A stretch of 64,000 bases of DNA from an uncultured virus (IMG/VR IMGVR_UViG_3300030099_005341) (IMGVR_UViG_3300030099_005341), one strand, 5' to 3'. Numbered from the stretch's first letter, positions 49,383 to 58,971 are shown. Notes: a model not told the origin generated them from the sequence alone. Program-made: numbers and translations.

Positions 49383-51094
49383 TATTCCCAGGGCATTGGT
49401 TCACCTTCTTCAACCATTGCTTCATGTGGAACAAAGGAGCCAGAACGCGGTTCCCAAGTAAAATGCGATTCAGCGCCATTTTCACCTAGATTTTGAAACT
49501 TAACTTTAAGCACTTTAACTTTTGTTGTTTTTGCTTCGTAATCTCTGTGTACCAATAGTCCATGGTAACTAGCATCATACCATTCACCACCTCCTTTGAT
49601 ATTGTACATTGTTGGTTCTTCAATTTTTCCATCATTGTTCTTATACATTTTTGTTGGATGTGCTACAATAAAAGTTAACACATCATACTTTTTACAAAAA
49701 GCCTCGATCTTAGCTAAATAATCCATTGTGTAACGGTTTACATCGTCTGATACCGCGTTTGTGTCTCTGATCTTATTAAACGGATCAATAACTAAACACT
49801 TAATACCTTTACGTTTAACTAATTCAGCTCCTTTGCGTAATACAGCTTCTAAACTATATTTATCCATGTCAATAAAGAAATAATTATCATTAACATGATC
49901 TGCAACTTCTTTCCATTTTCCGCTACCTATATCTCCAGCTGATGGCATATCTTGCCATGTCTTTCTCATGAGCTTGTGCGCGTGCAGATAGACTGGTTGG
50001 TTTTCAGGACTAGCATACGCAGTCTTCCAACCATAGAGTTGGTTATATCCCACAACCATCTGGTCAACGAAGTCAGACTTCCCAGAGCTAGGTATGCCGG
50101 TAACAGTAATAAACTGACCGGTGTAAGTACTGAAAATAGAATCAAAGTTTTTAAGTCCGATTTGAAATCCGGGCTTAAATCCATTTTTAACAAAGTCTTT
50201 AAGTTCATCTTCTATGTCTTTTAAGGTTGATACATTTTCTAGTGGTACAGGGCGGGAAGTGTGTATAGCATTTTTGAGTGCATCACTACCGTGCTCTAAC
50301 AAGAAGTCATTAGCGTCTTTTTGTCCGTTGAAATCTACAAGATAACAAACTTCTGCTCCAAGACGTCTAACTAATTCTCGTTGTAGCATTTGACCTGGTT
50401 CGTCTTGATCTACCGCTAGAATTATTCTAGTTTTGTCGTCGAAATAATCTATACAATTATCTAAATAATCTAAATTATTATTGTTTAACGTAGCTCCATT
50501 AGGAACTGAAATAGCATTTGGTATACCGGCTTCGTGTAATGCTAACACATCCATTTCACCTTCAACAATAACACAGGTATCATAACCCACGATACTATTG
50601 ATATTATAAAATACTTTTTCAGCACCTTTATAAAGCTTAAAGTTTTTTCTACCGTCACGGTATTTAACATTGATAAGTTGATCACCCATAAAGTAATTAA
50701 ACTGTATTGTGTTTTCTTTCTTACCAGTTTGAGGCATAAACTCAGGACCTTCAGTTACCTGAAGATCTCTAAGTGTTTGCTTTGATATACCTCTTGTACC
50801 AAACCACGTTTCAACGTTTGTACTTACCTCATTAAATTGTTCTGGTGTTTCAGGTCTAATATAAACTCTTTCACTAGAACCTTTACGTTGGTATGTATGT
50901 AATTGAAATGTAGTGTTACAATTGTGACATGTACCGAGACCACGTTCCCAATCATAGCTAGCACATTGTGCTTTCTGATTTTTAGGTTTCCTAGTATGAG
51001 AGCACAACGGGCATATACCTTGTGCTGCACCCTCTTTTAGGCCGTGTTGGTTGAATTTATCAACAACAAATCCATTGATCTCTTCTCTATTCAT
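49382..51094 (-). CDS. T7 gp4/Twinkle-like primase-helicase
   Basis: CPLC...CHNC zinc ribbon, TOPRIM EGEMD and DQD, Walker A GIPSSGKS, VIDP, VAHP. Confidence 0.92.
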   Translation of the reverse strand: MNREEINGFVVDKFNQHGLKEGAAQGICPLCSHTRKPKNQKAQCASYDWERGLGTCHNCNTTFQLHTYQRKGSSERVYIRPETPEQFNEVSTNVETWFGTRGISKQTLRDLQVTEGPEFMPQTGKKENTIQFNYFMGDQLINVKYRDGRKNFKLYKGAEKVFYNINSIVGYDTCVIVEGEMDVLALHEAGIPNAISVPNGATLNNNNLDYLDNCIDYFDDKTRIILAVDQDEPGQMLQRELVRRLGAEVCYLVDFNGQKDANDFLLEHGSDALKNAIHTSRPVPLENVSTLKDIEDELKDFVKNGFKPGFQIGLKNFDSIFSTYTGQFITVTGIPSSGKSDFVDQMVVGYNQLYGWKTAYASPENQPVYLHAHKLMRKTWQDMPSAGDIGSGKWKEVADHVNDNYFFIDMDKYSLEAVLRKGAELVKRKGIKCLVIDPFNKIRDTNAVSDDVNRYTMDYLAKIEAFCKKYDVLTFIVAHPTKMYKNNDGKIEEPTMYNIKGGGEWYDASYHGLLVHRDYEAKTTKVKVLKVKFQNLGENGAESHFTWEPRSGSFVPHEAMVEEGEPMPWE

Positions 51095-51402
51095 TAAAAC
51101 GGTAAGTCTTCATCAGCCGCAGCAGGAGCAGGTGCCGGTGCTGATTGATTATCCATTGGAGCTCTGTCAACATTGTTGCCATCAGTCCAAACTACTTTAA
51201 CATTACCAAGGTAAGTCTTAGCTGCTTTAGCATCTCTTTCTTCCTTAGTTTGTTCAACTACAACTGGGCCTTGATTACCAAACTGATCTGGTTCGTTGTT
51301 CAGTGTAATTGTAATTGGTAAGTATTTACCTTTTTTACCAGTAAAGATTTTATCTTTAGGTATGTTATTAAGGTTAATACTAGTTTTAATAATACTTGCC
51401 AT
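51094..51402 (-). CDS. Single-stranded DNA-binding protein (putative)
   Basis: Beta-rich core, P/A linker, acidic DEDLPF tip. Confidence 0.7.
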   Translation of the reverse strand: MASIIKTSINLNNIPKDKIFTGKKGKYLPITITLNNEPDQFGNQGPVVVEQTKEERDAKAAKTYLGNVKVVWTDGNNVDRAPMDNQSAPAPAPAAADEDLPF

Positions 51403-51404
51403 AA

Positions 51405-51560
51405 TTAATAATTATTTATTTGGTTAAACATTCTTTTTAATTGTTTTTTTGTAACATTAGTATTTCTTCTAATATTATCTACAGCCTTTAAATGACTTTG
51501 GTTTTTGTAGAAATTATTAGTACTAGTCTTTACACCTGTTACATCACATACTTTTTTCAT
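51405..51560 (-). CDS. 51-aa hypothetical protein
   Basis: MKKVCDVTG...QINNY* fills the intergenic gap. Confidence 0.5.
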   Translation of the reverse strand: MKKVCDVTGVKTSTNNFYKNQSHLKAVDNIRRNTNVTKKQLKRMFNQINNY

Positions 51561-51569
51561 AGAATAGGT

Positions 51570-52301
51570 TTAAAGGGTTTTGCTTATGAAATACTGTTTA
51601 GGATCAAACTCCTTAGTCTTATAAAACAAGTCATAAGCTTCACTTGCTTTACTCACTTTTTCTTCTCCACGTTCATAAAACTGTGGTGAACAGTCGAACA
51701 TACCAATTTGATGGGTGTTCTTATCTATAACTATAAATAACATTTCATATCCAAACAACTTGCTATAGATATACGCTTGTGAATCATAGTTAAATTTAGA
51801 CGCTGACCATTGAAACTTCTCAATGTCTGCTGTTGTTTTTAAGTCAATAATTAGTTTTTCATCGTGGTTAACAATATCTGCCTTACCTTTCCATTTGTTA
51901 TTAAATAACTCTGTAATCATGGGTACTTCATACTCAACATTACCTAGCTGTATAAGATCTCTACATATATCGTTAGCCATAACTTTTTCTCTCATCAACT
52001 CAATCGCATCTACTTCGTGTTGAAGTAAACAAAGCTCACCACCACTAACATCTTTGTATTCTTTAGTATTTCTAGTGGTTGATTTCACAATTTTAAACCT
52101 ATCTATTTTATCTGGTTCTAATATACATGTGTGAAAATATCCACCAACTAAAAATGCTGGTGATGGTTTGCTAGGTTCAAAAGCTCTTAACGGGTCTTTT
52201 AATAATTTACCTACGTGAGAGTTAGATAAAAATTGATTACCAAAATCACCGTAATATTCTTCGTCGTTTCTAAGCTTTTGTAATATCTTTTCTTTGTTCA
52301 T
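51570..52301 (-). CDS. RecE/exonuclease VIII-like PD-(D/E)xK exonuclease
   Basis: LSNS, G-x-x-x-H, KGKAD, IDLKTT, YDSQAYIY. Confidence 0.85.
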   Translation of the reverse strand: MNKEKILQKLRNDEEYYGDFGNQFLSNSHVGKLLKDPLRAFEPSKPSPAFLVGGYFHTCILEPDKIDRFKIVKSTTRNTKEYKDVSGGELCLLQHEVDAIELMREKVMANDICRDLIQLGNVEYEVPMITELFNNKWKGKADIVNHDEKLIIDLKTTADIEKFQWSASKFNYDSQAYIYSKLFGYEMLFIVIDKNTHQIGMFDCSPQFYERGEEKVSKASEAYDLFYKTKEFDPKQYFISKTL

Positions 52302-52821
52302 CTGTTATTTTATATTTAGATTCAATAGCTTGAATATTACCTCCCGCTTTTATATATTCTTTAGCTTTAGTTATTTGTTCTTTAGTTATAGCTGGTTTAG
52401 CAGCTTGTTTAATTTTGTTTACAGCTTTAGATTTACCATTGTTAGTTGCATCACTATCTTGCGTGTCATCAATTAAGAATAAATTACCTAAAGCGTACTT
52501 CTTTCCATAAGAAGATGCTGCACCAAACTTCTGTGGCATTTGCATACCTTTTGCACTCATATCAACTCCAACAACAGCTGAAGCGTCTAATTCATTTTCT
52601 CCATCAGATATTATTGCTGTTGTTTTTAGTATTGGACAAGGATCTATTTGTATTAGATCTTCTTTAACAACAACACTGACACCTAATTGCAATAAAAAAG
52701 GCTTTGTAGCCTCTAATATATCTTCAGCTGATCTGAAGTAGTATTTACCAAACGAATTATACCTAGACTTTTTAGATTTAAACTTCGTTTGTATGTTTGC
52801 TAATTTTTCATTTATTGTCAT
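52270..52821 (-). CDS. erf: ERF-family ssDNA annealing protein
   Basis: NSFGKYYFRSAEDI, QKFGAASSYGKKYAL, DDTQDSD. Confidence 0.85.
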   Translation of the reverse strand: MTINEKLANIQTKFKSKKSRYNSFGKYYFRSAEDILEATKPFLLQLGVSVVVKEDLIQIDPCPILKTTAIISDGENELDASAVVGVDMSAKGMQMPQKFGAASSYGKKYALGNLFLIDDTQDSDATNNGKSKAVNKIKQAAKPAITKEQITKAKEYIKAGGNIQAIESKYKITDEQRKDITKA

Positions 52822-52893
52822 ATTATTTTATTTTATTCTATATATATAATTACATATTTGTTATACGCTTTTAAACTTATTTTTCGCTCTAAC

Positions 52894-53643
52894 TTACAGA
52901 AAATCAATCACTTGCGAGTGATCTACATTCTCTATTAATTTGTCTACAGCTTGCTTTTTTAACTGTGAAACACGCACGTAAGAACTACTACCTTCCATAC
53001 CTAATTTAGCTGCAATTTCACTAGCAGAATGCTTGTCACAATCAAGACCATAACTAAGTCTTAGTACTTCATATTCTTTATCATTTAAGTGTTGTTTTAA
53101 TAAACTTTTTAAATAAGAGTTTAATAACACTTGGTTATATGGTTCTGATTCATCAGGTATTTGAAACACTAAATCATCTTGACCTTTAGCATCTATACTT
53201 AAGAATATAGAGTTAAAGAACATTGATACAGCTTTTTTGTCTTTACTTTTTCTCATGCTATTTGTAACGTGTTCAGGTATTCTTATTGAACCTCTATTTA
53301 TATCTATAGCTCTACGTATTGCTCCTCGTATTCTTTTAGACAAGAAACTTTTTAATGTTTTTTCTTGATCTTCAGATTTTTCTAATGTGTCTTTATCTAA
53401 TCTATCAATAGCTTTGATTAATCCTATACTTCCTTCTTGTATGAAATCCATAACAGTCATTACACCACTAGCTTGTTGTGATGTAGCAAACTTTCTAGCT
53501 AAGTTTTCTACCAACGGTAAAAATAACGTTGTTAATTCTTCTTTAGAATAATCTGTCCAACTGTTTTGTTTTTTAACTCTTTTAATTGCTGATGTAACGT
53601 CAGCTTTATATTTTATATAGTTTGGTATATTATAGTATTTCAT
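52894..53643 (-). CDS. Sigma-70-family sigma factor
   Basis: LVENLARKF, DFIQEGSIGLIKAIDR (region 2), IRIPEH, region 4 LRLSYGL...EIAAKLG...RVSQL. Confidence 0.88.
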   Translation of the reverse strand: MKYYNIPNYIKYKADVTSAIKRVKKQNSWTDYSKEELTTLFLPLVENLARKFATSQQASGVMTVMDFIQEGSIGLIKAIDRLDKDTLEKSEDQEKTLKSFLSKRIRGAIRRAIDINRGSIRIPEHVTNSMRKSKDKKAVSMFFNSIFLSIDAKGQDDLVFQIPDESEPYNQVLLNSYLKSLLKQHLNDKEYEVLRLSYGLDCDKHSASEIAAKLGMEGSSSYVRVSQLKKQAVDKLIENVDHSQVIDFL

Positions 53644-54076
53644 TGTTTTGTTCTTTATAAATTAGTTCTAATGTTGAGGGCCAATCTAAACATCTCTGTG
53701 CAGTGCCGAACCACAACCATGTACCTTTAAAATCTGGTTGGCCTCGCCATCTACTGTCATCAATAAGTATATCGCCTATTAATAGATCTTTTCTATGTGT
53801 TAATATTAATTTACGTTTTAACCATGGAAAATGTTCAGCTAACCATTCACGTTTAGCTGACCACATATCTGGTCTATCCCATGGAGGAGTTGAAGCTATG
53901 TATATATCAAAATCTTGATTTAGCTTTATAAGTGCTTCTTGTGCACCCGGCATAAGCTCTAGATTTCTATAGTCTACATATTTATCAGGTCTGTGTGTAT
54001 AACCGCCATCATCTGCTGCTTTCTTAAAATTAGCTATAACACCGTCCATATCTATATATATTATTTTTTTATTCAT
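53630..54076 (-). CDS. 5'(3')-deoxyribonucleotidase (HAD)
   Basis: IDMDGVIA, ASTP, KREWL, LIDD. Confidence 0.85.
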   Translation of the reverse strand: MNKKIIYIDMDGVIANFKKAADDGGYTHRPDKYVDYRNLELMPGAQEALIKLNQDFDIYIASTPPWDRPDMWSAKREWLAEHFPWLKRKLILTHRKDLLIGDILIDDSRWRGQPDFKGTWLWFGTAQRCLDWPSTLELIYKEQNNEIL

Positions 54077-54690
54077 ATCTGTTTGTTTAATAATTCTTTT
54101 TCTCTTTTTAAATCTGCACACATATTTCTATGTATTGTTCTACTTGAGCAGTCTAATAGACCTGCTATTCTAGCAATAGTAATTTTCTTACCCATGTCAT
54201 GCATATCTATCATACACTGGTATATATCATCTGCATGTATACGTTTTGTTCTACCTATCAACTCGCCAACTATACGTAGTTTTTCTTCTTTACTAACTCT
54301 AGTAAACGGTTTAAATATAACCTTACGTAGTTTATTTCTAGGCGGCTTATCTAAATCTAACATACTAACCTCATATACTATCTTGCGTAGCAGGTCAGCG
54401 TGTATAGCAAAACTGACGAAGCCATTGTCCTTGTGAGATATAACCTCTGCCAGTCTCATGAACTGATCTTGGTCAAGATCTGGGTTTAAATACCATAGTA
54501 CTAACAAGTGCCACTTGAGAGATTTGTATGTAGTAATTTTAGCTTTACTTCTAAATAATTCATAACATTCGTAAGTACCATTTACATAAAAAGAATATAC
54601 TTCATTATCAATATCTGGCTTATCATTAATAGGATGTCTTCTATATACGATGCGATTGTTATTTAAATAATTTAAATTTCTTTGTGACAT
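54073..54690 (-). CDS. DNA-binding protein with C-terminal HTH (possible replication initiator)
   Basis: ITIARIAGLLDCSSRTIHRNM helix-turn-helix. Confidence 0.6.
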   Translation of the reverse strand: MSQRNLNYLNNNRIVYRRHPINDKPDIDNEVYSFYVNGTYECYELFRSKAKITTYKSLKWHLLVLWYLNPDLDQDQFMRLAEVISHKDNGFVSFAIHADLLRKIVYEVSMLDLDKPPRNKLRKVIFKPFTRVSKEEKLRIVGELIGRTKRIHADDIYQCMIDMHDMGKKITIARIAGLLDCSSRTIHRNMCADLKREKELLNKQI

Positions 54691-54728
54691 TAGGGTATTA
54701 CTATTTATTATTAGGGGCTGTTGTCACA
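54683..54728. promoter_or_regulatory. Spaced inverted repeat overlapping HTH gene start
   Basis: TGTGACA-N32-TGTCACA; related site at 62597-62643. Confidence 0.45.
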
Positions 54729-54838
54729 GTCCCCTGGTTTCTTGGTTTTAATTTTGCTATTATTATTCTTGTTTCATTATCATTAGGATATTTAATTTTA
54801 TTAAATTCCTCAATACGTTTCTTTAGGTCTTTGTTCAT
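54701..54838 (-). CDS. 45-aa hypothetical protein
   Basis: MNKDLKKRIEEFNKIK...NNK* fills the gap. Confidence 0.4.
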   Translation of the reverse strand: MNKDLKKRIEEFNKIKYPNDNETRIIIAKLKPRNQGTVTTAPNNK

Positions 54839-55292
54839 ATAATTTTTCGGTTTTAGGGTTTGCTACTATGTGTTTCTCGCCTATGTAATAATTCCAATAA
54901 GCTTGTACACTACATTTATCTTTATATTCATCTGGCATTGCTTGTGGTGGTTGTGTAAAACCATTATCATATATACCACCTGGTACATATTTTAACACGT
55001 CAGCACATTTAGTTATTGATAAATGTATTTTACCATAACGTTTATTGTACTCACGACCTAAAGCAATCATGTGATTATATAACCATTCATAATGAGGTTT
55101 AGATTGTCTACACCATATAGTTGATGGATGGTTCTTGTGAGCTATTTTGTAAGGTACATCTTTACCATGTATATCTACATGATGAGCAGTACATAGCATT
55201 TGAGCTGACTCAAGTATCATCTTAACCACATGTTTATTATATTGTAGTCTAGCTGCTTTATCAGGGCATTTGTCTAAGTAAAATATATTCAT
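54810..55292 (-). CDS. Pyrimidine-dimer glycosylase/DenV-superfamily protein
   Basis: MNIFYLD, HVVKMILESAQML, HKNHPSTIW, PPQAMP. Confidence 0.75.
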   Translation of the reverse strand: MNIFYLDKCPDKAARLQYNKHVVKMILESAQMLCTAHHVDIHGKDVPYKIAHKNHPSTIWCRQSKPHYEWLYNHMIALGREYNKRYGKIHLSITKCADVLKYVPGGIYDNGFTQPPQAMPDEYKDKCSVQAYWNYYIGEKHIVANPKTEKLYEQRPKETY

Positions 55293-55393
55293 GATTGTTC
55301 TTTAATTATTTTTTCTAATACTTTAACTAGTTTAGTTATAGCCTTTGTTAATTGGCTAATGTCTCTATAAAATTGTTGTTCATTTCTATTCAT
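55289..55393 (-). CDS. 34-aa coiled-coil peptide
   Basis: MNRNEQQFYRDISQL..., coupled to ligase stop and downstream start. Confidence 0.5.
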   Translation of the reverse strand: MNRNEQQFYRDISQLTKAITKLVKVLEKIIKEQS

Positions 55394-56321
55394 AATCTCT
55401 AATACATTTAAAAAATGGGTGTCTGTAGCTATTAGCTTTAGTTCTCTCAAAGAATGTAAAGGTAGCTGTTGCTTTGTGATCCACATACCACTGAGCTTTG
55501 TGTAATAAAGCTCTAAGATCTTTGTAGTTATAACCTTTACCTGGTGGACAACCGAATCTAATACCTTCTGAGTCTATCATAAGGAATTTACCTAACGTGC
55601 CTTTACGTTTACCTTTACCTTCGACAAAACCTACAATAGTAGCCTCTGCGTCGTGAAAGTCTTTAAATTTTTGTAAATTGTAAGAACGTTTTTGTTCGTA
55701 TAAGGCATTTTTTCTTAGTATAGTACCTTCGTAGCCTGTAGATAGGTTATTCTTGTGTAAATCTTCAGCGTGAGACTTAGAATATACTAATCCATATTTA
55801 AGTACTTCAATAGATGGAGATCTATGTGGTAAGCCTTGTAGCTGTTGAGCCCACGGTGTTGTGTGAAAGTCATTTTTGATATAAGCATTTCTAGTTGCAA
55901 AATCATAATGTTCATTTTCTTGTTCTGGTATAAAGTCATAACAATAAAACTTAATCTTTTCTGCAGCTTCTTTTCTATGCTCGTCTGTTGGTTTTGTTTT
56001 TCTAACAAGAGATATTATTTTCTCGAAGTCATCTTTTAGTTCGTGATTGTACAATTCGCCATCAAGAACTCTATTAGGATATTTTTGAAAATAAAACTTA
56101 AGTTGTTCAAGTATATGATTTACATTTTTAAACTCTTTACCTGTACGTGAATATGCTACAACTACATCTTCTCTTGGTTGTGTTCTTCTTTCATATTGTA
56201 TTAAACATCTAACACCATCAAGCTTTGGTTGTACATATATACCTTGTCTGTATTCTATCTCTGTTATTGGTTTTTTACTAGCGTTGTAAGCTAGCATAGG
56301 TTTTACTTTTAATTTACTCAT
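55386..56321 (-). CDS. lig: ATP-dependent DNA ligase
   Basis: PMLA, QPKLDGVR, LDGELY, YEGTILR, KRS-x-x-L-x-KFK, RHP. Confidence 0.92.
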   Translation of the reverse strand: MSKLKVKPMLAYNASKKPITEIEYRQGIYVQPKLDGVRCLIQYERRTQPREDVVVAYSRTGKEFKNVNHILEQLKFYFQKYPNRVLDGELYNHELKDDFEKIISLVRKTKPTDEHRKEAAEKIKFYCYDFIPEQENEHYDFATRNAYIKNDFHTTPWAQQLQGLPHRSPSIEVLKYGLVYSKSHAEDLHKNNLSTGYEGTILRKNALYEQKRSYNLQKFKDFHDAEATIVGFVEGKGKRKGTLGKFLMIDSEGIRFGCPPGKGYNYKDLRALLHKAQWYVDHKATATFTFFERTKANSYRHPFFKCIRDYE

Positions 56322-56607
56322 TACTTAATTTTGTTTTTAATCTTTTTATCATTTTGTTAATGATTGCACATTTCTCATATTCTTCTCTGTCTTGAAACAT
56401 GTTCATTATAGTCATTAGTTTAGCTAGTTCACCAACGTCTTTGTCTTCGTCTGTCATATCTAGCTTGTCGTAGTCTTTTGATAGTTTAGCTGCGTGCATT
56501 GCGTCATGCCAATCTAACATACTTTGTAGATTAACTATTTTAGCGACAACTTTGTTAGCTATTTTATCACAAAGTCTATCAAAATTTTCTTGTTCTTCTT
56601 TATTCAT
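56314..56607 (-). CDS. Hypothetical protein with UVR-like C-terminal helix pair
   Basis: EEYEKCAII motif. Confidence 0.6.
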   Translation of the reverse strand: MNKEEQENFDRLCDKIANKVVAKIVNLQSMLDWHDAMHAAKLSKDYDKLDMTDEDKDVGELAKLMTIMNMFQDREEYEKCAIINKMIKRLKTKLSNE

Positions 56608-56623
56608 ATATTTATATTTATAT

Positions 56624-56655
56624 TATTATCCTTGCTCGATCGTATTTAGCATGTA
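56624..56655 (-). promoter_or_regulatory. 32-bp early promoter-like motif, copy 1
   Basis: + strand TATTATCC-N8-TCGTATTTAGCATGTA, just upstream of minus-strand start 56607. Confidence 0.75.
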
Positions 56656-56988
56656 TTTATCTAATAGTTTTTGTGGTTCACCTACGAATATACACTCAAA
56701 GTCATCACCGTTACCCATACCTTCAAATATACTTATCCACGTTGTTTTACCTGGTGTCTGCCATATATAATATATATATTCTAAATCACCGTGTTTTGTG
56801 TCAAGGTATTCTATTTCCCATCCTTCTACCTTCATTGAATCTAACAATGACTCTGCTATTTCTACACCTAATCCTTCTGGATAACCATCACTATGATTAT
56901 AGAACTGTGCGTGTATTTGTTTTGGATGTTCACTAAACGATACTCCTTCTTCTCGTGTAGCAAATCTAATTTGTGCTCTTGTACTCAT
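56626..56988 (-). CDS. Hypothetical protein (MSTR...HxDGYP type)
   Basis: MSTRAQI, YNHSDGYPEGLG, DLEYIY. Confidence 0.65.
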   Translation of the reverse strand: MSTRAQIRFATREEGVSFSEHPKQIHAQFYNHSDGYPEGLGVEIAESLLDSMKVEGWEIEYLDTKHGDLEYIYYIWQTPGKTTWISIFEGMGNGDDFECIFVGEPQKLLDKYMLNTIEQG

Positions 56989-57076
56989 TATTCTTTCCAT
57001 TTAGTTTTGGTAAAACAATCTATAATACAAACTATTATAAATAGTAACCAAAAAATTGTTATTATATTTATTTCCA

Positions 57077-57343
57077 TTAATCTAATAATACATAGTATGC
57101 ATCAGGGTTATTTTTTCTAAACCAGTCAAGACCTTTTCTAAGTTCATTGACTATTTTAGGATTAGTGTTAAAACCTCTCATTTCATACACCATTGTAGCA
57201 CCCATTATAAAATCATACATGGATAACTCTATATTATTTAATTCATATTCCTCTCCTGAAAATCTGTTTTGAACAGTATTTCCTCTACTATAAACAGTTC
57301 CTTTGAACCATTTAGGTAATTCTTGTTTAGTTTTCGTTTTCAT
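57077..57343 (-). CDS. Hypothetical protein
   Basis: 88 aa, overlapping neighbour. Confidence 0.65.
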   Translation of the reverse strand: MKTKTKQELPKWFKGTVYSRGNTVQNRFSGEEYELNNIELSMYDFIMGATMVYEMRGFNTNPKIVNELRKGLDWFRKNNPDAYYVLLD

Positions 57344-57605
57344 AATATTTTTCTTTTAATGTTTCTATAATATGTCTACCTGATGCCGTGTGAAAACCAT
57401 AACTATGTGTATGTAATTCGGGTATTGGATCATTAAAGAACAATAACTTCATTAGATCTATTGGTTTTACACTTACAAACTCATTGTGCTTAAACTCTTC
57501 ATACATATCGTTACAGGCAGCGGCGATAGCTTCTGTATTGTGTCTTATTTCTTCATCTGTTCGCCAAGACAGGTATTCTTTTACCTTTTTACTTGTTAAT
57601 TTCAT
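57327..57605 (-). CDS. Hypothetical protein
   Basis: 92 aa, overlapping neighbours. Confidence 0.65.
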   Translation of the reverse strand: MKLTSKKVKEYLSWRTDEEIRHNTEAIAAACNDMYEEFKHNEFVSVKPIDLMKLLFFNDPIPELHTHSYGFHTASGRHIIETLKEKYYENEN

Positions 57606-57861
57606 TTATTATTAATTTAAATTCTTTATATTTATCTTGTTTTAATCTTTCTTTAGCATATTCAATAGGATTCTTTTGATGAGTTTTAAATGAACAATAA
57701 CTATCTGGTCCATCTTCTAGTATCTCTACGTTACCATAACCTGGCCAGTGTTTGTTATTACTAAGTGTAACTATTATTTCTTTTCTAACAGGTACATTTG
57801 AATGGTCCATGTTAAACCATATATGCTTTAAAGCTTCTCTATGTTTTCTTATTTTATCCAT
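57589..57861 (-). CDS. Hypothetical protein
   Basis: Likely start MDKIRK at 57861 after an AT-rich leader. Confidence 0.6.
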   Translation of the reverse strand: MDKIRKHREALKHIWFNMDHSNVPVRKEIIVTLSNNKHWPGYGNVEILEDGPDSYCSFKTHQKNPIEYAKERLKQDKYKEFKLIINEINK

Positions 57862-57882
57862 AATTATATTTTTTAAGTAAAA

Positions 57883-58168
57883 ACGAGGGTTAGTGCCGTT
57901 CGGTGCGAGCCTAGGAGACACTTACTAGTACACTACCTGTCGTCTTTATATTTTTTATATTTACGAGGTCGGGCAGGTGTGGTTCTTGTTATGCGGGGAA
58001 TCTAAACATTAAGACCGCCGACTAATAAACATTTGCTTTATCCTGCCGTTTCGCCAAGTGAGTAAGATGAAATAACTTGTTCACTGTGGGCTCACTTCTG
58101 AACGAAGTTACATCGCCTCCCCAAATTATTCCTACACGTCTCACGCGCTACCACCCTCACCTCGTGTG
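57883..58168 (-). ncRNA. Candidate structured non-coding RNA (~290 nt)
   Basis: GC-enriched intergenic block with several complementary pairs, including a pseudoknot. Confidence 0.55.
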
Positions 58169-58177
58169 TATAGCATT

Positions 58178-58576
58178 TTATGCTTTGTTTAATTGCTCGT
58201 TTGTTGGCTCGTCTTCTGGACAATCAACCTCTTTAAATAAGTTATGCACTTTTTCAACTATCATTTCAGTTAATTCGTAAGTGTCATTTAAGTCTATACT
58301 TTCCAGTTGTACTCTACCATCATAATCAAGACTAAAGTCAACTTCATAGCTGTCAGCATCACTGAAACTATAGTTTTCAACAGCTTTCTCAATAGCTTCT
58401 TGAATGTCATCAAGTTGAGCTGGTGTTAATGCTGGTTTATTGTAGTCATCTATTTGCTTTTGCAATATAGATATTTGTTGCTTATAATCATTTAGTTTGT
58501 CGTTAGTTTCGTTTTGTAAAAGCTCTAACGCAGCTTTTTTGTTTTCTAATTCTTGCATATTATTTAATTTAATCAT
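58178..58576 (-). CDS. Acidic coiled-coil early protein
   Basis: N-terminal heptads, D/E-rich C-half; motif copy directly upstream. Confidence 0.65.
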   Translation of the reverse strand: MIKLNNMQELENKKAALELLQNETNDKLNDYKQQISILQKQIDDYNKPALTPAQLDDIQEAIEKAVENYSFSDADSYEVDFSLDYDGRVQLESIDLNDTYELTEMIVEKVHNLFKEVDCPEDEPTNEQLNKA

Positions 58577-58579
58577 TTG

Positions 58580-58611
58580 TATTATCCATTAGTAATCGTA
58601 TCTAGTATGTA
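58580..58611 (-). promoter_or_regulatory. 32-bp early promoter-like motif, copy 2
   Basis: TATTATCC-ATTAGTAA-TCGTATCTAGTATGTA. Confidence 0.8.
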
Positions 58612-58785
58612 TTATGGTACTATAAATTCAATAGCATCTTCACCTATTCCTTCACCATTTTTAGTTACTTCTTGATTAGGGCAAACACCACAGTTTACTA
58701 TATGTTCTAGTAATTCGTTTAAACTATCAAACTCTTCATTGAAATAAGATGATAGTAATCCCCATTTATTCGTACCACACTCCAT
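58612..58785 (-). CDS. 57-aa acidic hypothetical protein
   Basis: MECGTNKWGLLSSYF...IEFIVP*; start uncertain. Confidence 0.5.
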   Translation of the reverse strand: MECGTNKWGLLSSYFNEEFDSLNELLEHIVNCGVCPNQEVTKNGEGIGEDAIEFIVP

Positions 58786-58971
58786 ATACTTTAACTCCTT
58801 TTACGTTACACATTAATTTCTTTTGCTTTATTTTCTTCTCGGTTAACAGGCTTTTGTCCTGATACTTTGGATTTTTGCTGTTCAGCTTTCTTTTTTTTGT
58901 CATACTCTTCTATATTTTTAATTAATTTTTCGTCTTGTCCTAATGTTTTTTTAAAAAGTTTTCTTATCATA

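Noticed and set aside
55348..55363. 16-nt inverted match to 62600-62615 (GACATTAGCCAATTAA)
   Set aside because: Lies in coding sequence; a few such matches are expected by chance in 64 kb of AT-rich DNA
58766..58970. A AAA AAG slippery site joining two overlapping small ORFs
   Set aside because: The second ORF is in the +1 frame; a -1 shift meets a stop within three codons
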